Source: Abditibacteriaceae bacterium (GTDB lineage Bacteria > Armatimonadota > Abditibacteriia > Abditibacteriales > Abditibacteriaceae). Taken from it: a DNA stretch of 17,329 nucleotides. Shown here piece after piece: positions 1 through 9,355 of the stretch (the stretch's first letter is position 1; every line of letters starts with the position of its first letter). The position numbers were made by a program, and so were the translations under genes. The stretch spans positions 1 through 17,329 of the forward strand of contig JANMKN010000275.1 in assembly GCA_031372065.1 (NCBI GenBank), given 5' to 3'. The notes under the pieces were generated by a model. The model ran no database searches and had not been told where the DNA came from. It saw only the letters and a program-made list of their open reading frames with translations.

Positions 1-116
1 GATTGAGCCTCGGCGATAAGAGATTGAGCCTCGGCGATAAGAGATTGAGCCTCGGCGATAAGAGATTGAGCCTCGGCGATAAGAGATTGAGCCTCGGCGA
101 TAAGAGATTGAGCCTC
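1..116. repeat. Perfect 21-bp tandem repeat (GATTGAGCCTCGGCGATAAGA) x5 plus a partial sixth copy; probably continues beyond the window edge
   Basis: Identical units at 1, 22, 43, 64 and 85; partial GATTGAGCCTC at 106-116. Confidence 0.97.
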
Positions 117-146
117 ACAGACTCGTTAACGAGTCTGTGAGGCTCA
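109..146. repeat. Perfect 38-bp palindrome with no loop (possible terminator or cruciform)
   Basis: TGAGCCTCACAGACTCGTT|AACGAGTCTGTGAGGCTCA is its own reverse complement; its outer 8 bp are part of the tandem-repeat unit. Confidence 0.9.
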
Positions 147-223
147 TATTCTACCTCAGATGGTCGTTACTGCCCTAAAGCGGGCAAATATTCAACTAAA
201 AATCTCAAGTTGCAGATACGCCG

Positions 224-1177
224 TTAAACCTCATCCGCTTCAAAACCTTTCGGCACCACAACGCGTAAGACTTCGGATGCTAATTCGATGTTGAGCGGCG
301 TGTGTTCGCAGATTTCGCCGTCTACATCGGCGGCGACGAGGCGGCGCAGCGATTGGATGCGCACTTTTTTCGTCTCGAAATAATGCGCGTCCGGCGCGTC
401 CATATGGCGACCTAAAATCCATAATATGGACATTTTTAGCAGGCTCCAGCGCGAGGCGCGGCCCAATGTGAAAACGCGCAGTAAGTTATCTTGCACCGAA
501 GCGTCCGGCGCGGCAGCCACAGGCCCGGCAATATAACGCCCGTTGCTGATGATAATTTGATGGGTGCGCGTGCGAAATTGCTTTTCTGCCGCCACCACGC
601 GCAAACGCAGAGCGCGATGCTTCCAAATCACTTTGACGCCAATAACCGGCCATGCCAAAATGCCGAGGCGCTTTTTCACATCGCCATCCAAGGCGTGCGC
701 AATGTTGGCCGACAGGCCCAAAGTCACGCTATTGAGAAAGACGCGGCCATTGACGCGGCCCACATTCATCGCTTCCACATGGCCGCGCGCGATGGCCTGC
801 GCTGCTTCTTCAATATCCAGCGGAATGCCCAGACTGCGCGCCAAGGTGTTTCCGGTGCCGAGCGGTAAAACGGCCATCGCCACGCTGCTGCCCACTAAAA
901 TGTGGGCGCACTGCGACAGTGTGCCATCGCCGCCGCCGACAATCACCGTCCGCGCGCCGCGCGCGATTTCATGCTGCAAAACGCGCACGGTTTCTTCTTT
1001 GTGCTTCGATAAAATCGCTTCGCCGAGTGGCACGCCCGCCGCGCACAAGGCTTCTTTCGCCAGCGGAAACGCTTCACGGCCCCGGCGTGAATTGCCGTTG
1101 ATAATCATGGTTATCGGTTCGGGCAATTGCGAATTCGGTTCTAACATGGCTTTTTCGTCCATCTCTGCGCTACTCAT
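224..1177 (-). CDS. YegS/BmrU-family diacylglycerol/lipid kinase
   Basis: N-terminal IINGNSRRG, GGGDGT ATP-binding motif, LPLGTGNTLARSLGIP and C-terminal DVDGE. Start uncertain (ATG at 1177, 1162 or 1147). Confidence 0.9.
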   Translation of the reverse strand: MSSAEMDEKAMLEPNSQLPEPITMIINGNSRRGREAFPLAKEALCAAGVPLGEAILSKHKEETVRVLQHEIARGARTVIVGGGDGTLSQCAHILVGSSVAMAVLPLGTGNTLARSLGIPLDIEEAAQAIARGHVEAMNVGRVNGRVFLNSVTLGLSANIAHALDGDVKKRLGILAWPVIGVKVIWKHRALRLRVVAAEKQFRTRTHQIIISNGRYIAGPVAAAPDASVQDNLLRVFTLGRASRWSLLKMSILWILGRHMDAPDAHYFETKKVRIQSLRRLVAADVDGEICEHTPLNIELASEVLRVVVPKGFEADEV

Positions 1178-1296
1178 AAAGAATTGTTCTCTCGCCAACC
1201 GCACTGCAAACGCCTCGCGTTATAGGGCGCCTCAATTTCTTTCATTCGCGAAAGCAAAACTTTGTTAATGCAGTCATGGTTATACTGCCTTCGCTT

Positions 1297-3135
1297 ATGA
1301 ATCAGAAGAACATTCCCGTGCGCGAAGACATTCGCAACCTTGCGATCATCGCACACGTTGACCACGGCAAAACCACGCTCGTGGATACCATGCTGCAACA
1401 GGCGCACACTTTTCGCGCCAATCAAGAAGTGCGAGACCGCGTGATGGACTCGATGGATTTGGAACGCGAACGCGGCATCACCATTATGGCGAAGAATGCC
1501 GCGCTGCGTTTGCCACCCGAATTTTTCGGTCGCGAAATCAAAATCAACATCATTGACACACCCGGCCACAGCGATTTTGGCGGCGAAGTCGAACGCGTTT
1601 TGAAAATGGCCGACGGCGTTTTGCTGCTCGTTGATGCCGCCGAAGGTTGTCTGCCACAAACGCGCTTCGTGCTTTCCAAGGCCTTGGAAGCTAATCTCGC
1701 GCCGATCATCGTCATTAACAAAATTGATCGTCAGGATGCCCGCGCCGACGCGGTTCTCGACGAAATTTACGATTTGTTCATTGACCTTGATGCGCACCAA
1801 GATCAGCTTGATTTTCCGGTCATTTACGCGGTCGGGCGCGACGGCATCGCCAAAGAAAATCTCGAAGACGAATCGGAAGATTTGATGCCGCTTTTCAAAG
1901 CGATTGTTGAACACGTCCCGCCACCCAAAGCCGAAATCGAAGCGCCTTTGCAATTGCTCGTCACCAACATTGACTACAACGATTATGTGGGTCGCCTTGC
2001 CATTGGCCGCATTGTGCGCGGCGAAGTCAAAGCCTTGCAGGACGTTGTGGTTTGCAAGCTCGACGGCGTGCAGCAAAAGTTTCGCCTCACGCAGTTGTTT
2101 GGCTTTGAAGGCCTCAAGCGCGAACCCATCGAAAGCGCGCAAGCCGGCGACATCGTGGGCATCGCGGGCATCGAAGGCATCAACATTGGCGAAACCATCG
2201 CCGACGGAGAAAATCCCATCGCGTTGCCGCCCATTGTGGTGGATGAGCCAACGATTGCCATGGTTTTCGCGTCCAATACCAGCCCGTTTTCGGGCCGCGA
2301 TGGTAAATTTGTTACGGGCCGTCACATTCGTGACCGTCTGGCAAAAGAAGCGCTGTCCAACGTGGCGATTCGCATCGAGCCAACCGACGATCCCGATGCT
2401 TTTCGCGTGGCCGGACGCGGCGAATTGCAACTTGCGATTATCATCGAAACCATGCGACGCGAAGGCTACGAACTGCAAATTTCCAAGCCCGAAGTCGTCA
2501 CCAAAACCGAAAACGGCCAGCTTTTGGAGCCGATTGAACACGTTTTTGTGGACTGTCCCGAACAATTCATCGGCGTGGTTACCGAAGCGTTAGGTCGCCG
2601 CAAAGGAACGATGGTCAAAATGACCAACCACGGCGGCGGGCGCGTGCGTTTGGAATTTGAAATCCCTTCGCGCGGCTTAATCGGCTTCCGCTCCGAATTC
2701 CTCACCGACACCAAAGGCATGGGCCTTTTAAACACCTTGTTCGCGCGTTTTGCGCCGTGGACAGGCTCCATTCCGCAACGCCCGAATGGAGGCTTGGTGG
2801 CCGACCGCGCCGGAAACGCCACGCCCTTTGCCATCGGCAACCTGCAAGAGCGCGGCGTGATTTTCGTCGAGCCAACCACGCCGGTTTACGAAGGCATGAT
2901 TATCGGCGAAAACTCGCGCGAAAACGATTTAAATGTGAATATCGTCAAGGAAAAGCACCTGACTAACATTCGCAGTTCAACCTCCGACATCGCCACGCGC
3001 CTCGTGCCACCGCTGGTGCTTTCGCTCGAACAATCGCTCGAATTTATCAACGACGACGAACTCGTCGAAGCCACACCCAAAAGCATCCGCCTGCGCAAGA
3101 AAATCTTGCAAGCCAACAAGCGCGACAAAAAATAA
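1297..3135 (+). CDS. typA: Translational GTPase TypA/BipA
   Basis: G1 [55 protein letters not shown] and C-terminal [19 protein letters not shown] 1297 preferred over 1276 because a TATACT -10-like hexamer lies at 1281-1286. Confidence 0.97.
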   Translation: MNQKNIPVREDIRNLAIIAHVDHGKTTLVDTMLQQAHTFRANQEVRDRVMDSMDLERERGITIMAKNAALRLPPEFFGREIKINIIDTPGHSDFGGEVERVLKMADGVLLLVDAAEGCLPQTRFVLSKALEANLAPIIVINKIDRQDARADAVLDEIYDLFIDLDAHQDQLDFPVIYAVGRDGIAKENLEDESEDLMPLFKAIVEHVPPPKAEIEAPLQLLVTNIDYNDYVGRLAIGRIVRGEVKALQDVVVCKLDGVQQKFRLTQLFGFEGLKREPIESAQAGDIVGIAGIEGINIGETIADGENPIALPPIVVDEPTIAMVFASNTSPFSGRDGKFVTGRHIRDRLAKEALSNVAIRIEPTDDPDAFRVAGRGELQLAIIIETMRREGYELQISKPEVVTKTENGQLLEPIEHVFVDCPEQFIGVVTEALGRRKGTMVKMTNHGGGRVRLEFEIPSRGLIGFRSEFLTDTKGMGLLNTLFARFAPWTGSIPQRPNGGLVADRAGNATPFAIGNLQERGVIFVEPTTPVYEGMIIGENSRENDLNVNIVKEKHLTNIRSSTSDIATRLVPPLVLSLEQSLEFINDDELVEATPKSIRLRKKILQANKRDKK

Positions 3136-3153
3136 TTTCGCAGCACAAAAACA

Positions 3154-3194
3154 AAAAAGCCGCGCCGAAAATTGAATTTTCGGCGCGGCTTTTT
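3154..3194. terminator. Intrinsic terminator after typA (bidirectional type)
   Basis: 20-bp perfect inverted repeat AAAAAGCCGCGCCGAAAATT-G-AATTTTCGGCGCGGCTTTTT. Confidence 0.9.
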
Positions 3195-3202
3195 GATGCC
3201 AC

Positions 3203-3240
3203 TTGATTTATTATCAATTTTGTTTAATAATCAATATAAT
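3203..3240 (+). promoter_or_regulatory. Promoter of the HTH-ATPase gene: TATAAT -10 preceded by two tandem TTG(A/T)T-N5-ATCAA palindromes (operator candidate)
   Basis: TTGATTTATTATCAA 3203-3217, TTGTTTAATAATCAA 3220-3234 and TATAAT 3235-3240; AAGGA RBS before ATG 3262. Confidence 0.6.
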
Positions 3241-3261
3241 CGGAATTGAGAAAAGGAAATC

Positions 3262-4770
3262 ATGCGAAAGTCAAACTCAAAATCAGCAAAAAAGACAGTC
3301 CCTGTGCAAAAAGGTGCAGCACTAAATGACGATGATATTTTGTCATTCGACGAAGCGATGAAGTTTCTCGGCACTAGTCAGCCGACGTTGTATCGCTTGC
3401 TCAAACAAGGTGCGCTTCAAGGTTTGAAAGTGGGCCGTCAGTGGCGTTTTCGGCGCACGGATTTGGTGGCTTATATGGAGCGCAAACCTGCGGCGTTATC
3501 GCAAACGGCGCATTCCGAGGCCGATGCGGAATTGTCATTTTTGGAAGAAAAATTAGGACGCGAAATCGCTTTGCCAATCGCAGAAAACGTCGAAGAAAGC
3601 AAAACTGTGGCGTTGGTCAACGGCTTTTTCAGCATAGCTTTGGAAGCGGGCGCCAGCGATTTGCATTTCGAGCCAAAAAGCAGCGGATTGCTGGTGCGCC
3701 AGCGTCTTGACGGCGTTTTGCATGAAATTCGCACCTTGCCTCGTTCTCTGGCAGAGCCAATTATTCAGCGTCTCAAAACAATGGGTGCTTTAGACATTAA
3801 CGAAAAGCGCCTGCCGCAAGATGGTCTTATCTTGCTGAAATACCAAGAAAAACATTTCAATGTGCGCGTGGCAAGTTGTCCTTCGGGTTTTGGCGAATCC
3901 ATGACGCTACGCCTTCTTGACCCATCGGCGGCGCAGGTTGGCATGGAGCGATTAGGTTTAGCAAAGCAAGAAATCGTTTTGCAAAAATGGCTTCAGGCGT
4001 CTCATGGTTTGGTTCTCATCAGCGGGCCAACAGGCAGCGGCAAGACGACGGTTTTATATTCGTGTGTCGGCGCAGTAGCGAATGAAAACAAGAAAACGCT
4101 GACGATTGAAGACCCCGTTGAATATACGCTGCCACACACCACACAAACGCACGTTGACCGCAAAACCGGCCTAACTTATGCCGCCGCATTGCGCGCTTTT
4201 TTGCGGCAAGACCCCGATGTGATTGTCATCGGCGAACTTGGCGAACTGGAAACAGCCAACGCCGCTTTGCAAGCCGCAATCACAGGCCATTTAGTGCTGG
4301 CCTCACTGCATACGGATAGCGCGGCCAACACCATTACTCGCTTGTTAGATTGGGGCGTGGAGCCGTTTTTATTGGGCACGGCACTTTTGGGCATCAGCAA
4401 TCAACGCTTAGTGCGCCGCGTTTGTTCCGATTGTAGCGAAGACGCAAAAACCGAGGCCATTTTACTCAAAAAAGCGCGTGAATTAGCCGCAAAAGGCGGC
4501 TATGAAGTGCCGAAAAATGCCCGCTTTGTGCGCGGAACAGGCTGCGCCAAATGCCGGCAAACCGGTTATCGTGGGCGCATCGGAAGTTACGAATTGTTGG
4601 ACATGAACGACAATCTACGCGCGGCCCTCATGGAGCGCCGCGCCCCGCCCGATTTGCATCAAACTGCTGTGCAAAATGGCATGATTTCGCTCTTTGCCGA
4701 TGGAATGCAAAAAGCTGTCGAAGGTATTACAACTTTGGAAGAAGTTCTGCGCGTGACAGGCGAGCGATGA
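3262..4770 (+). CDS. GspE/PilB-family ATPase with an N-terminal excisionase-like helix-turn-helix (HTH_17) domain
   Basis: N-terminal ILSFDEAMKFLGTSQPTLYRLLKQGALQGLKVGRQWRFRRTDL, then ASDLHFEP, RLPQDG, Walker A GPTGSGKT, Asp box TIEDPVE, Walker B RQDPDVIVIGE, His box TGHLVLASLH, CxxC...CxxC Zn site and C-terminal GITTLEEVLRV. Confidence 0.92.
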   Translation: MRKSNSKSAKKTVPVQKGAALNDDDILSFDEAMKFLGTSQPTLYRLLKQGALQGLKVGRQWRFRRTDLVAYMERKPAALSQTAHSEADAELSFLEEKLGREIALPIAENVEESKTVALVNGFFSIALEAGASDLHFEPKSSGLLVRQRLDGVLHEIRTLPRSLAEPIIQRLKTMGALDINEKRLPQDGLILLKYQEKHFNVRVASCPSGFGESMTLRLLDPSAAQVGMERLGLAKQEIVLQKWLQASHGLVLISGPTGSGKTTVLYSCVGAVANENKKTLTIEDPVEYTLPHTTQTHVDRKTGLTYAAALRAFLRQDPDVIVIGELGELETANAALQAAITGHLVLASLHTDSAANTITRLLDWGVEPFLLGTALLGISNQRLVRRVCSDCSEDAKTEAILLKKARELAAKGGYEVPKNARFVRGTGCAKCRQTGYRGRIGSYELLDMNDNLRAALMERRAPPDLHQTAVQNGMISLFADGMQKAVEGITTLEEVLRVTGER

Positions 4771-4806
4771 AATAAAAGGGAGCCAACATTTGGCTCCCTT
4801 TTATTT
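4770..4806. terminator. Bidirectional terminator between convergent genes
   Basis: AAATAAAAGGGAGCCAA-CAT-TTGGCTCCCTTTTATTT, a 17-bp perfect stem filling the intergenic gap. Confidence 0.9.
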
Positions 4807-5877
4807 TCAATTCTTTCCGTTAATTTTTGGGCTGACGATGGTGCCGTGAAAAATGGCGGCGTTGGAATAAACGTAGGAATCGAAACCGACAATGCAGCCT
4901 TCAAGGTGCGTGCCGGGTTCGACGCGCGAACGTGACCATAAAATCGAATGGGCCACGGTCGCACCGGCGCCGATAACGCAATCGTCGCTGAGAACCGAAT
5001 TGTCTTTAATTATCGCGCCGGGGCCGATAATGCAGCGTGGGCCAATAACGCACGGGCCTTCGATGGTCGCTGTCGCGTGAATCTGGCAGCCTTCGCCAAT
5101 CCATGAGCCTTCGGCATTGGGTTCGGGCATCATGTCCACTTTCAAGTCGCCTTTGAAAAAGTCGTCGTGGCATTCGCGGTATTCGCGCAAATTGCCGACA
5201 TCGCGCCAGTAATCTTCCGTTTTATAGCCGACGAAAGTTTTCCCGGCTTCCAAAATCTCAGGAAAAACCTGCTTGCCGAAATCATAAAATTCGCCGCTTG
5301 GGATGGCGTCCAAAATTTCCGGTTGAAATAAGTAAATTCCCGTATTCACCAAATTGCTGGGCGCCGTGCCGCGCGGCGGTTTTTCGACGAAGCGCTTGAT
5401 TTTGCCGCCCTGCGGGTCGTTCATGTCTTCCAAAACCACCACGCCAAACTGCGAGGGATCAGAAACTTGCGTGAGTGCGATAGTGGCAAGGGCGCCAGAG
5501 GATTTATGAAATTCCAACATGGCGGTTAAATCCACATCAGTCAAATCGTCGCCGCCGACCACTAAAAACGGCTCATTGTCGAAGAAATCGCGTTCCTCTG
5601 CCACGCGTTTGACGCCGCCTGCGGTGCCATGCAATTCTTCCTCGCGGTTGAATTGAATATTCACGCCGGGCGGCGGATTTTGGGCAAAATACGACTCAAT
5701 TTGATCGGCCAAATAATGCGTGTTGCAGCAAATATCGGTAAAACCGTGTCGCGCCAACAAATCAACGATGTGATTCATCACCGGCTGATTGATAACCGGC
5801 ACCATCGGTTTGGGCACATTACGCGTCAGTGGGTCTAAACGGCTGCCGACACCGGCAGCCAAAATCATAGCTTTCAA
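4807..5877 (-). CDS. NDP-sugar pyrophosphorylase (mannose-1-phosphate guanylyltransferase-like) with C-terminal left-handed beta-helix
   Basis: MKAMILAAGVGSRLDPLTRNVPKPMVPV signature, GTAGG, FVEKP, NTGIY, YWRDVG and hexapeptide repeats; TTG start preceded by AAGGAGG. Confidence 0.92.
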   Translation of the reverse strand: MKAMILAAGVGSRLDPLTRNVPKPMVPVINQPVMNHIVDLLARHGFTDICCNTHYLADQIESYFAQNPPPGVNIQFNREEELHGTAGGVKRVAEERDFFDNEPFLVVGGDDLTDVDLTAMLEFHKSSGALATIALTQVSDPSQFGVVVLEDMNDPQGGKIKRFVEKPPRGTAPSNLVNTGIYLFQPEILDAIPSGEFYDFGKQVFPEILEAGKTFVGYKTEDYWRDVGNLREYRECHDDFFKGDLKVDMMPEPNAEGSWIGEGCQIHATATIEGPCVIGPRCIIGPGAIIKDNSVLSDDCVIGAGATVAHSILWSRSRVEPGTHLEGCIVGFDSYVYSNAAIFHGTIVSPKINGKN

Positions 5878-5922
5878 CGAAAGCCTCCTTGATTGGTCGA
5901 ATGATGTCGTCCAAGTAAAACA

Positions 5923-5955
5923 AAAAGCAGAAAGACGAAGTATCTTTCTGCTTTT
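5923..5955 (-). terminator. Probable intrinsic terminator between the LCP gene and the nucleotidyltransferase gene
   Basis: 13-bp stem AAAAGCAGAAAGA/TCTTTCTGCTTTT with a 7-nt loop; U-rich tail on the minus strand. Confidence 0.65.
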
Positions 5956-5994
5956 GCAAGTCTTATTCCGGCTTTTATGGCTTCGCGGGATTTG

Positions 5995-7575
5995 CTATTG
6001 CGGGCTTTCACTGGGCACCGAAGTTTCGACGGCAGGTGCGGGTGACGATTCGCGCACTGCACCCGATTCGTGGCGTGCTGGCGTGTCGCCAATTACGCTG
6101 TCTTCGCCCGCACTTTCCGTTGCAGATGGTGAGGCAGAGCTTTCACGACGAGACACGCTGCTTTTGTGCGTTTCACTATTGGTTTTGCTTTTTTTGCTGG
6201 CGCGGCGCGGCTTTTCTGCGTCCGCATTGGCGTCACTGGTTGCGGCATAGCGACTGTGGCGCGGTGCCGACGCTTCCGAGGTGTTTTCCTCCACGCGCAC
6301 GGGCGCTTCGTTGCCGTAATTTTCTTTTAAGTCGCTATCAGAATGAATAATACCAGCAGCTTCGAGAATGGCTTTGGCTTCGGGCGTGGCGTCATTGGCC
6401 GGGCCAAATTCGTCATCATTTGTTGAAGGCGAGCGCTCCAAAAAATGTTTGGCATTGAAGGTGTTGCCAAAAATATAGGACAGCAATTTTTCGTTTTTCG
6501 GCTTGTTCAGCAAAACCGAACCGCGCGTTGAATACATCCCAAAGAGTGTGAGCGGCTGGATTTTCGAGGCATCACCGATGCTTTTGGCAAAGGCCGCTGC
6601 CGAAGCCAGTTCACTGGTAGTCATATCGGTGGCAAACTGCTTTTGCACTTCCTGAATCAGGCCCGGCAACTCCCAAAAATTCACATGAGACATTTGCTTG
6701 GCTAAAGCGCGCATCACTTGCTGCTGGCGACGAATACGACCCGGATCGCCTTCTCTGTCCATGCGAAAACGCACATAATTATGAGCCGTGACGCCATCTA
6801 ACTTTTGCAAGCCGGGCTTCAAATGGATGTGCAAATTGCCCCAGTTATCGTCGTAATCAAGGTTGCCACGATACAATTTGCCGTCGTGCCCTTTTTTCAG
6901 CGCGCCATCTACTTTCACTTCCACACCGCCGACTTGATCAATGAGATTTTTAAAACCATCGAATTTAATAACAGCGTAGCGGTGAATGGTCAGGCCCATT
7001 TCTTCTTGCAAAGTTTTGATGAGCAATGGCGGCCCGCCATAAGCGTGCGCAGAGTTCAATTTGGCGCGATGCACGCCGTAATCGTTATCGGCAAGGCGCA
7101 CCATTGCATCGCGCGGCAACGACACCATGCGAATGGTTTTGGTTTCTTTGTTAAGTGACACTACAATCATCGTATCGCTGCGCGCCGGAGTTGTTTTGTC
7201 CTGCACTTGAAATGGGCGGTATTTACCGGTTTTTGGGTCGAAAACCTTGCCGATTTTCCAGTTCACGTCGCGGCCAATGAGCAGAAGATTGACTTGCGAA
7301 CCAACGTTATCGAAAAGAAGATTGGGATTAATGTAGCCGCCATTAATTCCGCCTTTGACAATGCCGGGCAGCTCTCGGCCCCCAGGAGCAAAGGCCACAA
7401 ACGCTGCACCGCCTGCGGCTAACGTCAGCACAGTCAGGCCAAGGCCTTTCCAAATGCGGCGGCCTTTGCGGGGGTTTTCATCGCTCAGTTGACGCGAGAA
7501 AACATCGTCTGGTGACTTAAGAACGGTCTTTTGATTGGTCTTTTCTACTTCGGGTAATGCCAAAACTGCCTCCAT
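5995..7575 (-). CDS. LytR-CpsA-Psr (LCP) family protein
   Basis: Single N-terminal TM helix, NLLLIGRD, RSDTMIV, SLPRD, KLNSAHAYGG, VRFR...GDPGRIRRQQ and a low-complexity S/E/A-rich C-terminal tail. Confidence 0.93.
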   Translation of the reverse strand: MEAVLALPEVEKTNQKTVLKSPDDVFSRQLSDENPRKGRRIWKGLGLTVLTLAAGGAAFVAFAPGGRELPGIVKGGINGGYINPNLLFDNVGSQVNLLLIGRDVNWKIGKVFDPKTGKYRPFQVQDKTTPARSDTMIVVSLNKETKTIRMVSLPRDAMVRLADNDYGVHRAKLNSAHAYGGPPLLIKTLQEEMGLTIHRYAVIKFDGFKNLIDQVGGVEVKVDGALKKGHDGKLYRGNLDYDDNWGNLHIHLKPGLQKLDGVTAHNYVRFRMDREGDPGRIRRQQQVMRALAKQMSHVNFWELPGLIQEVQKQFATDMTTSELASAAAFAKSIGDASKIQPLTLFGMYSTRGSVLLNKPKNEKLLSYIFGNTFNAKHFLERSPSTNDDEFGPANDATPEAKAILEAAGIIHSDSDLKENYGNEAPVRVEENTSEASAPRHSRYAATSDANADAEKPRRASKKSKTNSETHKSSVSRRESSASPSATESAGEDSVIGDTPARHESGAVRESSPAPAVETSVPSESPQ

Positions 7576-7771
7576 ACGCCTTATGGCGTGCCCGTGTGGC
7601 GGGACTTGCGTTGAAATTTATAATGAAATATAAATCGTGGTGTTGAAAATCGCGCCGCACGGTATTGTGTTTCATTTTAACAGATACAAATAGCGCCTGA
7701 AACGCGCTAAAAGTTATTGTGGTTATCGCAATTTCGACTTCCAACAAACGAAACAGCAAAAGGAATATATT

Positions 7772-8167
7772 ATGTCCACTCTGCCCGACTTGCCAAGGGG
7801 CAATTGCACGGCCTGTCGCAAAGGCGCGCCGGTTGTCACGCCCGCAGAAATCGAACAATTCATGCCACAACTGCACGGCGATTGGAAAATCATCCATCGC
7901 GACGGCATTCCACGCTTGGAGCGCGTGCTACACCTCAAAAACTTTGTGCAAGCGATGGAATTAGCTAATAAAATTGGCACTTTGGCCGAAGAACAAGGTC
8001 ATCATCCGGCTCTTTTGGTCGAATGGGGCCTTTTAACTGTGACTTGGTGGACGCACGCCATCGGCAATTTGCATCGCAACGATTTCATCATGGCCGCTAA
8101 AACGGATCGTTTAGCTAACCAGCTAACAGAAACCGAGCGTGAAATAAACAACGAGAGTGACCATTGA
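7772..8167 (+). CDS. phhB: Pterin-4-alpha-carbinolamine dehydratase (4a-hydroxytetrahydrobiopterin dehydratase)
   Basis: CTAC N-terminal motif, AEEQGHHP, WWTHAIGNLHRNDFIMAAK; AAGGA RBS. Confidence 0.92.
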   Translation: MSTLPDLPRGNCTACRKGAPVVTPAEIEQFMPQLHGDWKIIHRDGIPRLERVLHLKNFVQAMELANKIGTLAEEQGHHPALLVEWGLLTVTWWTHAIGNLHRNDFIMAAKTDRLANQLTETEREINNESDH

Positions 8168-9278
8168 CAAAATCATGAAGATCAAAATTTCAACCGCCGT
8201 TCCGCTAAACCAAACGCCGATTTTTATCCGTATTCCGCACGAGAAAATGCCACAAGGCACTTTCCAACTGCGTGCGGCCAATGGCGATGTATTTCCAACG
8301 CAGCTTAGTGATTGCAGCCTTTGCGCGCTGTTGACGATGCCTGCCGGAATATCTGAATTTGAATTGGATAGCGCGCCACCGCACGAATCTGGCGTGACTT
8401 TGCGCGAGGGCAATGAAGAACTCGAAATTCTTTTGCCCGGTGGCTCATTTGGCACTTATCACTTTGGAAAAGACGCGCCGCGCCCTTATATCTGGCCGCT
8501 CTATGGGCCGGATGGAGTGGAAATGACGCGGGCCTTTCCGATGGAAAATCGCCCCGGAGAAAAACACGATCACCCGCACCATCGTTCGCTTTGGACAGCT
8601 TTTGATGAAGTCAACGGCGTCAACAACTGGCACGATGGTGAAGGGCACGGCTGGACGCGGCATCAACGATTTACAGATCAATATAGCGGCCCGGTTTTCG
8701 GCGGTTTTAAAGCCGAATCGCTGTGGACAAACGCAGTAAACGAACCGATTCTCACCGAAATACGCAGTATGCGTGTTTATAATGTTGATGAAACTACGCG
8801 TTTATTCGATTACGGCGTCTTTTGGGAAGCCACGAACGGCAATGTCACTTTTGGTGACACCAAGGAAGCGGGCGTTATTGCCTTTCGCGTGGCGACTTCG
8901 ATGGATGGTGAGCGTGGCGGCGTGATAACTAATTCGGAAGGCGGACGTGGCGAAAAAGAATGCTGGGGAAAGCGCGCCGATTGGTGCGATTACACAGGTG
9001 AAATTAACGGCGAAACTTACGGCATTACGATTTTTAATTATCCTTCAAGTCACGACGGCGCCCCACGCTGGCACGTCCGCGATTACGGTTTGTTTGCCAC
9101 CAACCCTTTTTCCGTCGCAGCCTTTGAAGGCGGCGAAAAGCAACCATTCACTTTGAGCAATAACACCAGCATCTGCTTCCGATATCGCGTTTTATTGCAC
9201 AAAGGCGATGCGGAATCGGCGAATATCGCGCAAATAGGGGATATATTGAAAAATCCACCGCTCGTGACGATTGATTAG
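8157..9278 (+). CDS. DUF6807 ('PmoA-like' Pfam) family protein, beta-rich, function unknown
   Basis: RPYIWPL, TRAFP...DHPHHRSLW, FGDTKEAG..FRVA, CWGKRADWCDY, WHVRDYGLFATNPF and FRYRVLLHKGD. Start GTG 8157 or ATG 8175; overlaps the phhB stop. Confidence 0.8.
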   Translation: MTIDKIMKIKISTAVPLNQTPIFIRIPHEKMPQGTFQLRAANGDVFPTQLSDCSLCALLTMPAGISEFELDSAPPHESGVTLREGNEELEILLPGGSFGTYHFGKDAPRPYIWPLYGPDGVEMTRAFPMENRPGEKHDHPHHRSLWTAFDEVNGVNNWHDGEGHGWTRHQRFTDQYSGPVFGGFKAESLWTNAVNEPILTEIRSMRVYNVDETTRLFDYGVFWEATNGNVTFGDTKEAGVIAFRVATSMDGERGGVITNSEGGRGEKECWGKRADWCDYTGEINGETYGITIFNYPSSHDGAPRWHVRDYGLFATNPFSVAAFEGGEKQPFTLSNNTSICFRYRVLLHKGDAESANIAQIGDILKNPPLVTID

Positions 9279-9327
9279 CGAATTTCGCCAAAAACAGCGG
9301 CAATTTTGCCTGTTTTTCGGAGCTATG

Positions 9328-9355
9328 CAGGGATAACAGGGATAAGTGGGGATAA
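9328..9355. promoter_or_regulatory. Three tandem GGGATAA motifs (DnaA-box-like on the minus strand)
   Basis: CAGGGATAA CAGGGATAA G TGGGGATAA; the last reads TTATCCCCA on the minus strand, one mismatch from TTATCCACA. Confidence 0.35.

Noticed and set aside
1..116. CRISPR array interpretation of the 21-bp repeat
   Set aside because: Units are contiguous with no spacers, and there are no cas genes in the window.
1174..2565. 463-aa antisense ORF, and similar ones at 564-1268, 1904-2593, 10998-11600 and 12276-13064
   Set aside because: These are shadow ORFs overlapping well-supported genes and carry no recognisable motifs.
8157..9278. Methane monooxygenase subunit, from the 'PmoA' Pfam label
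   Set aside because: The protein is soluble and beta-rich with no TM helices and no pmoB/pmoC nearby; the label does not imply pMMO.
9328..9346. Resemblance of CAGGGATAACAGGGATAAG to the I-SceI site TAGGGATAACAGGGTAAT
   Set aside because: The match is imperfect, is explained by a 9-bp tandem duplication, and there is no sign of engineered sequence.
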